DNA of 64,000 nucleotides from Caldisericia bacterium. Lineage in GTDB: Bacteria; Caldisericota; Caldisericia; JAAYUI01. The notes under the pieces were generated by a model. That model was not told where the DNA came from. It saw nothing but the letters and a program-made list of their open reading frames with translations, and did no database searches. Position numbers and translations under genes: made by a program. The stretch covers positions 2,059,224 through 2,123,223 of the forward strand of contig JAXGMQ010000001.1 of the NCBI GenBank assembly GCA_040768585.1. The letters are read 5' to 3'. Positions 56,532 through 64,000 of this stretch are shown here, one piece after another (positions within the stretch are counted from its first letter, which is position 1; each line of letters opens with the position of its first letter).

Positions 56532-57527
56532 TCATTTGTCGCGTTCTTTGAGCCACTTATAGGTTATGTAGGGGAATTTCACGGCGTAGTAGCCCACGAA
56601 ACCAATTGTAGGTTGAAGCACTTTCTTTGTAAATGATGATCTGTTGGGAGGTGAGTATGTGCCACACCTGTATATCTCATCCATGCGCTTATAGGTTCCT
56701 TCGAGTCCAAACTCATTATACAATTGCGCGGTTCTGTCCGATTCAGTGAATTCAAACAATTCCAGTGGCACACTGACAATCTCGGAGAGTTCAGAGTGTA
56801 ATTCTCTTAGTTCATCGCTGAGTCCGTGTTTGATTGCATGGTTTCTGAGTCTTGCATATCTGTGAATGTCCAGTGGTTTGTGAGTGTCGAGGTTGGCAAT
56901 AGCCACAAGGGCATTGACGAGATACTCATATCGCGCTGTGCAAGGCATTGGGTCAAAGGCGCGAACCTCTATTGTACCAAGCCTTCTTGTGATTATTAAA
57001 TCCTGAAATCTTTTGTGCCTATCGCCTGTGAGATTTCCTGTTGCATACCCACACTCAAGACGATATGACTGCCCGAATCTTTCTCCGTTTCTCATTGGAG
57101 AGTGCGAACCAAGCAGAATTAAAAGTGGGAGGAAGTAGGCAATGTTGTCATATGTCTTTACAATATCAGAGAGTCCACCAATGTGAATCTGAAGTGCACA
57201 CACATTCGAAGGGGCATCAATCTGGAGGAGGTGTCCAATGGGAGCTATACGTCCCTCGCAGACCTTCGAGACCTGCCCTCGGAGTCCTTGAAGCTCCGAG
57301 AGCAGATGAAGTGTTGAGTGACAAACATCGGTCGCAACCTCAATACCGCTCATGAGACCATATTGCAAATCCTTGCCTCTGGCAAAGTTTGAGGCTGTGA
57401 GTTTCATGTTTCTTCTTGGATTTTTCCAAAGAAGTTTGGAGAGATAATACAGCGACCTTGTGGTTGGAAGTGTTGGTTCAACCACAAAGACTTCCTCTTC
57501 AAGTCCAAGCGTGATGTTATTCTTCAA
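56532..57527 (-). CDS. Carboxylate-amine ligase, glutamate–cysteine ligase family 2 (YbdK-like).
   Basis: LGLEEEVFVV, SGIEVATDVC and LGTIEVRAFD align with the YbdK blocks LGIELEMQVV, SMLELATDVC and FGTVEVRVMD. Confidence 0.7.
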   Translation of the reverse strand: MKNNITLGLEEEVFVVEPTLPTTRSLYYLSKLLWKNPRRNMKLTASNFARGKDLQYGLMSGIEVATDVCHSTLHLLSELQGLRGQVSKVCEGRIAPIGHLLQIDAPSNVCALQIHIGGLSDIVKTYDNIAYFLPLLILLGSHSPMRNGERFGQSYRLECGYATGNLTGDRHKRFQDLIITRRLGTIEVRAFDPMPCTARYEYLVNALVAIANLDTHKPLDIHRYARLRNHAIKHGLSDELRELHSELSEIVSVPLELFEFTESDRTAQLYNEFGLEGTYKRMDEIYRCGTYSPPNRSSFTKKVLQPTIGFVGYYAVKFPYITYKWLKERDK

Positions 57528-58134
57528 TAGGAACTCCTGAATGACTGCTCAGGACAGGTTTAATGGAGTTATTCCAGAGAAGAAGCAGAGGAGTGAATAG
57601 GGCAGCCGATGCAACTCCCTGGATTAGGTTGAAAAACAATGACTGAGTGTAGACATAAATGCCAGCGAATTCCCAATTGAAAACACCATTAAGCATGAAG
57701 TGATCTTTGTATGGAGTATAAAGAATTGCCAGCCAATTTGCAGGAATCATGATGGCGGTTCGAGCGATAATAGCAACCACTAGTCCCCCAGCGAACCAGA
57801 AATTCTGAACTTTTGAGCTGCCCCTTACCTTTTGAGAGAATATGTAGGCGTAAGATGCAACAATTGTCATTGTGCCGACAGCGATGACGTTCATTACATG
57901 CCCAAAAATTTCAGGCTCAATGATGACATAATGTAGGAAGGATTTAATTACAACGATAATCAGTCCCGATATGGGGCCAAGAACAATTCCACCCAACAAA
58001 CAGAAAATCTCAGAAAGATCAAACTTCAGAAATGGGGCCAGTGGGAAACTTATCTGAACGAACATCCCCACAAACGCCAGAGCGCTCAACAACCCGATAA
58101 TGCTAATCTTCCTAGCATCCCATCTTTTGTACAT
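57517..58134 (-). CDS. ribU: ECF-transporter S-component, probable riboflavin transporter RibU.
   Basis: Five to six transmembrane segments with the ECF-S family N-terminus (ISIIGLLSALAFVGMFVQISFPL). The start is ATG 58134, preceded by the ribosome-binding site GGAGAGGAG (the ORF track starts at GTG 58185). An FMN riboswitch sits immediately upstream. Confidence 0.7.
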   Translation of the reverse strand: MYKRWDARKISIIGLLSALAFVGMFVQISFPLAPFLKFDLSEIFCLLGGIVLGPISGLIIVVIKSFLHYVIIEPEIFGHVMNVIAVGTMTIVASYAYIFSQKVRGSSKVQNFWFAGGLVVAIIARTAIMIPANWLAILYTPYKDHFMLNGVFNWEFAGIYVYTQSLFFNLIQGVASAALFTPLLLLWNNSIKPVLSSHSGVPIEE

Positions 58135-58207
58135 AATTCTCCTCTCCGCCTTTAATCGGGGTAACTTACGGAAGGAGTGCAGCACATGTTTGGATTTTGC
58201 TGCAACA

Positions 58208-58330
58208 CTTTTTACCTTCTATCATCCGGACTCTAACCGTCGACTCTGGAATCTCACCAGATCAGCGCAAATTGGCGCTCGCGGGTTCTAACCGCCGATA
58301 GGGAATTTCACCCATCCCCGAAGGCTAACC
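58208..58330 (-). ncRNA. FMN riboswitch (RFN element) controlling ribU.
   Basis: Minus-strand sequence: CTTCGGGGATGGGTGAAATTCCCTATCGGCGGTTAGAACCCGCGAGCGCCAATTTGCGCTGATCTGGTGAGATTCCAGAGTCGACGGTTAGAGTCCGGATGATAGAAGGTAA. It matches the B. subtilis ribD RFN element block by block: GGGUGAAAUUCCC, CGGCGGU, GCCCGCGAGCGC, GAUCCGGUGAGAUUCC, AGUCUGGAUG-GAGAAGG. Confidence 0.85.
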
Positions 58331-58351
58331 TCGATAATAAAATTAAATAAA

Positions 58352-59038
58352 TTAAGATTCAAGCCCAAAGAGAGAGGAGACGATCCTCTTGTCATCAAGC
58401 AGTTCCGATTTGCCTTGGAATTCCAGCTTGCCGTCCTTTAGTCCAATGATTTCATCACAATACTCTCTTGCCAAGTCGATTTCGTGAATGACAGCGAGGG
58501 CATATGAATTGTTTTGAGTTTTATTTCTGATTGTTTTTAGGGTTTGAATTTTGTACTTAAGGTCGAGGTGACTCGTTGGTTCATCCAGCAAGTAAACTCT
58601 TGGATTTCGCGCCACAACCTGGGCTAGTGACACTCTCTGCATCTGACCGTGTGATAGTTCTGATATAGGCTTGTTTATTATCTGTTCGAGTTCAAATTCC
58701 CTTTTGATTTGCTGTAGCGCTTCTTCTGAAACCTCAATAGTCCCAGCGTTGATATAACTTAATACTGGCAAGTGAACCGACTTAAAATCAACCGGTCTGC
58801 ACACCCCAATAATCTGAGAAATTTCAACGATGGGAAGATTTGTTATATCCTTTCCATCAATTGTGATTGAGCCCGATAGGATATCGGCAATCCCAAAAAA
58901 AGCTCTGATGAGTGTGGATTTACCTGAGCCGTTTGGTCCAATGACACCGACAAGCTTTCCAGGTTCGACCTCAAAACTCACATCATCAAGGATTTTTTGC
59001 CTGCCATAACCGGCCGTGAGATTTTTGATGCTTACCAT
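58352..59038 (-). CDS. btuD: ABC transporter ATP-binding protein (BtuD/FepC-like) of the cobalamin/siderophore importer.
   Basis: Walker A GPNGSGKST, signature motif LSHGQMQRV and Walker B LLDEPT. Confidence 0.85.
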   Translation of the reverse strand: MVSIKNLTAGYGRQKILDDVSFEVEPGKLVGVIGPNGSGKSTLIRAFFGIADILSGSITIDGKDITNLPIVEISQIIGVCRPVDFKSVHLPVLSYINAGTIEVSEEALQQIKREFELEQIINKPISELSHGQMQRVSLAQVVARNPRVYLLDEPTSHLDLKYKIQTLKTIRNKTQNNSYALAVIHEIDLAREYCDEIIGLKDGKLEFQGKSELLDDKRIVSSLFGLES

Positions 59039-60030
59039 GATGGTCTCCTGATAACGAGCCAGAAGAAGAAGATTCCACCAATTATACTCATGATAACGGC
59101 TGCTGGAATTTCCTGGTGAGGGATGATGCTTCTTCCGAGGGTGTCGGCAAGCCCCAACACTATTCCGCCAAGCAGAATTGAGCCTGGAAGCATAAGTTTG
59201 GACGAACCGCCAAACAGACGCCTTGTGATGTGGGGGATAATAAGACCAACGAATCCCATCAATCCGGCGGTTGCAACCGCAACCCCAGTGAGGAGGGAAA
59301 CGAGGATGAAAAGCTTAATGCGGATTGATTTTGGATTCACACCAAGATAGGTTGCCTGCTCGTCTCCAAGCAGATATGCATCCATTTGACCAGATAATTT
59401 GGGCAGAACCACTGCGGCGATCGTGATAACGACAAGAAGTAGATAAAATCCTTCAAACGATGATGATGACAATCCAGACCAACTCCAGAAAACACTCCTT
59501 GAGAGGACATCCTTGCCGACCATCACAATAAGAAAGTTGATTCCACTCACCACAAAAGAGAGCGCAACACCAGAGAGAATCAGTGATGTCCCCGTGCTTC
59601 CAGTTCTGCTTGATGAAAACCAGATGATGACACAGGCAAGCCAGGAGCCGGCGAAGGCGGCTACAGATATCGCTGACATCCCAAGGAACCCAAGCGACAA
59701 TCCAAGCAAAAGAGTCAAGTTAACCCCAAGAATTGCACCTGAGCCAATTCCTGCGATGTATGGGTCGGCAAGGTCATTTCTAAACAAAGTTTGAGACAGC
59801 CAACCTGCAAGTCCGAGAGCACAGCCGGCCAACACGGAAACGAGCACCCTTGGGAGTCTGTGCAGGAACACTATTGCCCAGCTTGAACCGCTTGTATCAC
59901 CTCTTGTGAAAAAGCCCACAATCACGTTCCAAGCATCACCTGTTGCCAGGGACGTGCCAAAAAGCACACCAAGCACAACAACAACCAGGATGCCAAAGGC
60001 AAGGAGAATTAGAATCTGTTTCTTTTTCAA
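59032..60030 (-). CDS. btuC: ABC transporter permease, FecCD/BtuC family.
   Basis: 332 aa with about nine transmembrane segments and a FecCD-family topology. Overlaps both neighbours by 4–7 nt. Confidence 0.8.
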   Translation of the reverse strand: MKKKQILILLAFGILVVVVLGVLFGTSLATGDAWNVIVGFFTRGDTSGSSWAIVFLHRLPRVLVSVLAGCALGLAGWLSQTLFRNDLADPYIAGIGSGAILGVNLTLLLGLSLGFLGMSAISVAAFAGSWLACVIIWFSSSRTGSTGTSLILSGVALSFVVSGINFLIVMVGKDVLSRSVFWSWSGLSSSSFEGFYLLLVVITIAAVVLPKLSGQMDAYLLGDEQATYLGVNPKSIRIKLFILVSLLTGVAVATAGLMGFVGLIIPHITRRLFGGSSKLMLPGSILLGGIVLGLADTLGRSIIPHQEIPAAVIMSIIGGIFFFWLVIRRPSW

Positions 60031-60875
60031 TCTTCTAGCGCTTTGATTAAAAGATGTGCAGCCTCAACCATACGGGGACCGGGTCTCATTAGAATGTCAG
60101 AATTGAGGTTGAAAATCCTACCACTTTCAATAGCTGAGATATTCGAATACCCAGGTCTATCTGATACTGACTCTGTGTTATCCTGGTACGGGTCTGGGAG
60201 TATTATCACGTCTGGATTGAGATCGATAATTGTTTCATGGGAAATAGTTGGAAAATCACCCACCATGTCGTCACTGAGATTTCTTGCGCCCAACCATCTG
60301 ATTAGGTCAGCCTGGTATGTATTTTTACCAACAGTCATAGGTGGGTCTCCCCAAATCTCAAAATAAACAAGTACTTCCGGGACAGATGATTTCACGGATT
60401 CCATCCGTTCTTTCAGTTCATCGGTGTTTGGGTCGACTCCGCAAATCTGCGCTATCCTCTCAATCGTATTGAAGATATCTTCAATGGATTGTGGGTCAAA
60501 TGATGCAACAGTTATTTTTCTGGAGGAGATTTTTCTAAGCTGGTCAACAACCTCCATTGGAATCATTCGATTCACAAGAACGAGATCAGGTTCGAGGTCA
60601 AGAATATTCTCAACCGAAAGATTCATAATGTCACCAACGACAGGTACATCAGACACTTCTTCGGGATAGTTACAGAATGACGTCCTACCGACCAACTTGT
60701 CACCCAGCCCAAGATAGTAGACTATCTCTGTCATATTCGGGGTTAGTGAGATAATTCGTTCCGGGGACAGTCCCTGTTCAATATTCTCTCCCAGATCGTC
60801 GGTCAAAAAACTCGTGCCGCACGAGGCAAAAAACAGAAGGGACAACAGCAAAACAAGTACTTTTTTCATTTTCAT
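60027..60875 (-). CDS. btuF: Cobalamin/siderophore substrate-binding lipoprotein (BtuF-like).
   Basis: Lipoprotein signal MKMKKVLVLLLSLLFFASCG. Class III substrate-binding-protein N-lobe motif (RIISLTPNMTEIVYYLGLGDKLVGRTSFCNYPEEV). Confidence 0.8.
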   Translation of the reverse strand: MKMKKVLVLLLSLLFFASCGTSFLTDDLGENIEQGLSPERIISLTPNMTEIVYYLGLGDKLVGRTSFCNYPEEVSDVPVVGDIMNLSVENILDLEPDLVLVNRMIPMEVVDQLRKISSRKITVASFDPQSIEDIFNTIERIAQICGVDPNTDELKERMESVKSSVPEVLVYFEIWGDPPMTVGKNTYQADLIRWLGARNLSDDMVGDFPTISHETIIDLNPDVIILPDPYQDNTESVSDRPGYSNISAIESGRIFNLNSDILMRPGPRMVEAAHLLIKALED

Positions 60876-60899
60876 CCTCCTCGGGATTATACTTGCATG

Positions 60900-61080
60900 A
60901 GTATCCTGGCTTGATGGATTTCACTTCACATTCCTTCTTGTGCGTCCTTCCCAGGTTAACGACTCAACCAAGTGAACAGCACAGACAGCACCCATCATAC
61001 AGTGGCGGGACCGCATCGGCTTTCAACCGATTTCCTCATCTCGCAAGCTAGTTAAGTCTAGCACCTACGGGGTTCTTGTC
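60900..61080 (-). ncRNA. Cobalamin (B12) riboswitch upstream of btuFCD.
   Basis: The minus strand reads ...GGTGCTAGACTTAACTAGCTTGCGAGATGAGGAAATCGGTTGAAAGCCGATGCGGTCCCGCCACTGTATGATGGG...CTGGGAAGGACGC. It contains GGAA-nnn-GGT-n-AAA-n-CC, the B12 box GCnGnCCCGCCACTGT and the downstream GGGAAGG block. Confidence 0.8.
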
Positions 61081-61126
61081 AATAATCTAAGCGCAACTAA
61101 AATCAACAAGAGAAAACGAGGAGCAA

Positions 61127-62449
61127 ATGGCAAAGAAACCTTTTTATGTTTGTGTCGAATGTGGATACAAATCTACTGGATACCTTGGGAAATGTCCAAA
61201 CTGCAACAGTTGGAATTCTTTTGAGCAGGAGATTGAGATATCGAAATCATCATCAGGCAGTTCAAAGCCTGTTGAGGTAAACGAGATTCAATCGACTATT
61301 GAGACCAGAATAAAGCTGAATGTCAATGAATTGGACAGAGTTTTTGGTGGAGGCATCGTCAAAGGTTCAGTTATCCTGATAGGGGGAGAGCCCGGAGTTG
61401 GGAAGTCGACCCTCATGCTGTCTGTTGCCAGTGCGTTTGCCAATGAGGGCGAAAAGGTTGTTTATGTTTCTGGTGAGGAATCTCCAAACCAGGTGTCTAT
61501 GAGAGCAAATAGGATAGGCTCGAACAACAGCGGATTGAAACTCGCTTTTGAGACCAATCTTGAGGCGATTTTAGAAATGACAAGAGATGAAAAACCGACG
61601 GTGTTATTTGTGGACTCTGTGCAAATTCTATCTCTTGAGGCTGGAATTCCCGGAAGTCCAAATGTGGTTAGGGAGGCAACGAGGAGACTTGTTGAGGTTG
61701 CCAAGCAATCAAACATGAGCGTTTTTCTCATTGGTCATGTTACCAAGGAGGGAACTATTGCGGGACCAAAGACACTTGAACACCTTGTAGATGTTGTTTG
61801 CTACCTGGAAGGGGAAAAATACTCCACTCTCCGAATCTTTCGTGGAGTAAAAAACCGTTTTGGCACAACAAATGAAGTGGGTATTTTCGAAATGACTGAC
61901 AAGGGACTTGTTGAAGCTGATAGGAAGACCCTCATCCACGAACAGAAAGCCCCTGGGGTGGCGCTTACAGCCGTTTCGATGGGCAACAGACCACTGGCTG
62001 TAGAGGTACAGGCTCTTCTTGCTCCTACATACTACCCAAACCCTCGAAGAGTTGTGACAGGTTGCAGCATGTCACGGTCACTGATGATTATTGCCGTTGT
62101 TGAAAAGCGGTGCAGACTGCCAATCGGAAAGATGGATGTTTATGTGAACCTGGTTGGAGGGTTGAGCTCTGAAGAGCCGTCCCTCGATATGTCGATAGCT
62201 CTTGCTGTCGCATCTTCTTTCTACGACAAACCCGTTCCAGAGGGTGTTGCATTTATTGGAGAAATAGGCTTGACCGGCGAGATAAGACACGTGCCAAACA
62301 TTGGAGCAAGGATAAAAGAGCTCTCCTCAATGGGAGCCAATACAATAATTGTGCCGAAGCAAGAATGTGGGGATATTAAAGAAGTTGACGTGGTGAAGGT
62401 TACTTCACTAGAAGAGGCGCTTCATTTGGTATGGCCTCGTCAAGGTTGA
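61127..62449 (+). CDS. radA: DNA repair protein RadA/Sms.
   Basis: N-terminal Zn-ribbon CVECGYKSTGYLGKCPNCNSW, RecA-like Walker A GEPGVGKST, the KNRFG motif and a Lon-like C-terminus. Confidence 0.9.
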   Translation: MAKKPFYVCVECGYKSTGYLGKCPNCNSWNSFEQEIEISKSSSGSSKPVEVNEIQSTIETRIKLNVNELDRVFGGGIVKGSVILIGGEPGVGKSTLMLSVASAFANEGEKVVYVSGEESPNQVSMRANRIGSNNSGLKLAFETNLEAILEMTRDEKPTVLFVDSVQILSLEAGIPGSPNVVREATRRLVEVAKQSNMSVFLIGHVTKEGTIAGPKTLEHLVDVVCYLEGEKYSTLRIFRGVKNRFGTTNEVGIFEMTDKGLVEADRKTLIHEQKAPGVALTAVSMGNRPLAVEVQALLAPTYYPNPRRVVTGCSMSRSLMIIAVVEKRCRLPIGKMDVYVNLVGGLSSEEPSLDMSIALAVASSFYDKPVPEGVAFIGEIGLTGEIRHVPNIGARIKELSSMGANTIIVPKQECGDIKEVDVVKVTSLEEALHLVWPRQG

Positions 62450-63227
62450 CCTTCATATGGAAGTCAAAATGATTTATTGCATCCTTTGGCCACATAATAA
62501 ATTCAAAAATCGCATAGGGTGAGGTGCTCTCACCGCTTGTGTCCCTGAATCTTATCCAACCGGACTTCTGAGAGCCGCCCGGAATTGAATTGATAAAAGC
62601 AGGAACATCATAATCGACCGGAGCATAACGCTCGTTGCCAATAATCATCTTTGTGTTACTCGCTGGGAACCTACAGGAATCCTCGGTCTTATTTGTGACC
62701 TTTACATCGAGTCTGAGATAATACTCGTTTGGTTTATCAACTATTACCTTGCGTTCCCTTTTTATAGATTTGAGTTCAAAGACAATACCATTTTTTGAGT
62801 AGATGATTGGTGGAATCGTGTCCTCTTCTTCGATGGGGTCAGTCTCTCTCTTGAGTTTCTCAATCTCTTCCTCAAGCTCAGCGACTTTTTGGGTGAGGTC
62901 TTCGTTCTCAGACTCAAGACTTTCGATATATGAACAGGAGAGGGGATTGACGGGTATATTGCTTATCGTGACTTCGCGCGTTGCACTGTTCCAGTCGATG
63001 TCTGCGCAGTCCGGGAGCAGTTCGTCAACAATAAACCTGATAGGTAGGAGTGTTGTACCGTTGCTGATAATGGGAGCCGTTGGAAGTTTGACATCCTCAT
63101 CGTTGACCTTAGCGTTTGTAGAATTGATCTTCAGTACCACTTCCTTTGTGGGGGCCTGAGCCGTCGAGACGGTCACAAATGCGAACGCGACAAAACACGC
63201 AAGTATAGCAGGAATATATTTCCTCAT
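62400..63227 (-). CDS. Secreted protein with an N-terminal CuAO-N-like module, a coiled coil and a DUF4352-like beta-sandwich.
   Basis: Signal peptide MRKYIPAILACFVAFAFVTVSTAQA. TTLLPIRFIVDELLPDCADIDWNSATREVTIS. Coiled coil LTQKVAELEEEIEKLKRE. Its 3' end overlaps the convergent radA by 50 nt. Confidence 0.5.
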   Translation of the reverse strand: MRKYIPAILACFVAFAFVTVSTAQAPTKEVVLKINSTNAKVNDEDVKLPTAPIISNGTTLLPIRFIVDELLPDCADIDWNSATREVTISNIPVNPLSCSYIESLESENEDLTQKVAELEEEIEKLKRETDPIEEEDTIPPIIYSKNGIVFELKSIKRERKVIVDKPNEYYLRLDVKVTNKTEDSCRFPASNTKMIIGNERYAPVDYDVPAFINSIPGGSQKSGWIRFRDTSGESTSPYAIFEFIMWPKDAINHFDFHMKVNLDEAIPNEAPLLVK

Positions 63228-63268
63228 CCGGGTGTGATTATATTTAGATAGCCTAGGTAGTCAATAGG

Positions 63269-64000
63269 TTACCAACCAATTCTTAGTCTATCGGCTAAGA
63301 AAAGGGGTAACCCGGCTTCTGTTATCCTTTCAATGGTTAGAGCGACATTATAGTCGATTCGGTGAATCTCAATAGTCCTTGTGTCACTATCGTAAATACA
63401 GAAAGAAGATTGGGGGTTTCTGTCTCTGGGTTGTCCTACAGAGCCAACATTAACAACGTATTTGAGTCCAGGCTCCATCTTGACTTTGAGTCCGTGTGAT
63501 GCTCTCAAATAGTCGACATCGCCTTCATTATCGATGATAAAAACTCCAGCGATGTGTGAGTGTCCGATGAAGCAGAGATTTGATGTCATGAGCTCAGACA
63601 TCCGAAGTGCTTCCATTGGCGATGCAATATACTCAAATGGAGCTGATGGATCCAGACTTCCATGAGCAACTTGAAAGAGTGAGTGTGAATTCGGTTTTGA
63701 GACCGTGAGTCTTGAGGGGAGATTTTTCAAAAATGTCTGGTTCGATGGTTTTACTCTAGCTCTTTGCCACCTTATTGCTGTGAGTCCATATTGATTGAAA
63801 TATCGTTCTTCTATTGGGTCAATCAGCGCTTTGTCATGATTGCCCATGATTGCCTGCATCCCCATGTCGACAACGAGCGAGACACACTCGTCAGGGTTGG
63901 CGTTGTATCCGACAATATCACCGCAGCAAACATATTCTTCAACACCTTCTTTTTCGAGGAAAGCTAAGACTCTCTCAAAAGCATCAAGATTAGCGTGGAT
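63269..64000 (-). CDS. Metallophosphoesterase (calcineurin-like, YfcE-type), N-terminus beyond the window edge.
   Basis: GNHD motif and downstream His-rich blocks. The reading frame stays open to base 64000 (...IHANLDAFERVLAFLEKEGVEEYVCCGDIVGY...), so the start lies outside the window. Confidence 0.7.
   Translation of the reverse strand: MHANLDAFERVLAFLEKEGVEEYVCCGDIVGYNANPDECVSLVVDMGMQAIMGNHDKALIDPIEERYFNQYGLTAIRWQRARVKPSNQTFLKNLPSRLTVSKPNSHSLFQVAHGSLDPSAPFEYIASPMEALRMSELMTSNLCFIGHSHIAGVFIIDNEGDVDYLRASHGLKVKMEPGLKYVVNVGSVGQPRDRNPQSSFCIYDSDTRTIEIHRIDYNVALTIERITEAGLPLFLADRLRIGW

Noticed and set aside
62400-62449. The 50-nt convergent overlap between radA and the 275-aa secreted-protein gene, considered as a possible mis-annotation or fusion.
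   Set aside because: The two genes are on opposite strands, and each has a complete, sensible terminus. Short convergent overlaps occur naturally, so I recorded it only as a note.

Overview
This 64 kb window is mostly core bacterial genes on both strands, with surface-protein islands at its 5' end and middle. No rRNA, tRNA, CRISPR array or obvious transposase was seen. Several gene orders are Firmicutes-like (tmk–darA–holB–yaaT; lepA–hemW; the lipoprotein-type btuF-like binding protein).

Core gene blocks (coordinates in window):
- RNA polymerase operon, minus strand: rpoB (18768–22955), an EF-G2-like GTPase (16657–18741), rpoC (12696–16643), then a clean bidirectional terminator. The EF-G2-like gene sits between rpoB and rpoC with gaps of only 26 and 13 nt.
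- Purine block, minus strand: purL–purM–purN–purH (34156–39479). Just upstream on the same strand lie ackA, a solitary bioY, hemW and lepA.
- Plus-strand tightly packed or overlapping run: topB, two tandem class A penicillin-binding proteins, tmk, a DarA/PII-like gene, holB, and a yaaT/ricT gene carrying a long low-complexity C-terminal tail.
- Two vitamin-uptake operons controlled by riboswitches that I can read directly on the minus strand. A cobalamin riboswitch (about 60900–61080) lies upstream of a btuF/C/D-like ABC importer. An FMN (RFN) riboswitch (about 58208–58330) lies upstream of an ECF S-component, probably RibU.
- Also present: radA, a GCS2-family carboxylate-amine ligase, a phosphatidylserine decarboxylase (PSD)-like gene, and a metallophosphoesterase that runs off the 3' edge.

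Surface-protein regions, likely accessory:
- Five secreted proteins share C-terminal modules resembling the copper amine oxidase N-terminal (CuAO-N) domain, which probably anchor them to the cell wall. They are an NHL-repeat plus cohesin-like protein (1359–4379), two neighbouring proteins (7938–10709 and 10735–12525), a 2712-aa giant (23174–31312) and a small one (62400–63227).
- Two other proteins end in type-I dockerin modules: the 5'-truncated ORF (1–1344) and a clan-CD, gingipain-like peptidase (31976–34162).
- Together these look like a cohesin–dockerin surface-display system that is not associated with cellulases, with a MarR-family regulator beside the giant gene.

Other notable items:
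- Compositional island at 5.5–7.9 kb: an AT-rich lipoprotein gene, a standalone ferredoxin:thioredoxin-reductase-like protein with a CPC/CPC/CHC signature, and a 528-bp ORF-free region holding a perfect 15-bp-stem hairpin and an 18-bp palindrome.
- Conserved Cys-triad motifs downstream of the transpeptidase domain of both penicillin-binding proteins.
- An overlap and non-ATG start where topB meets the first penicillin-binding protein gene.

I cannot point to one cleanly delimited undescribed system. The strongest candidates are the anchor/cohesin/dockerin set with the giant protein, and the rpoB–EF-G2–rpoC arrangement.
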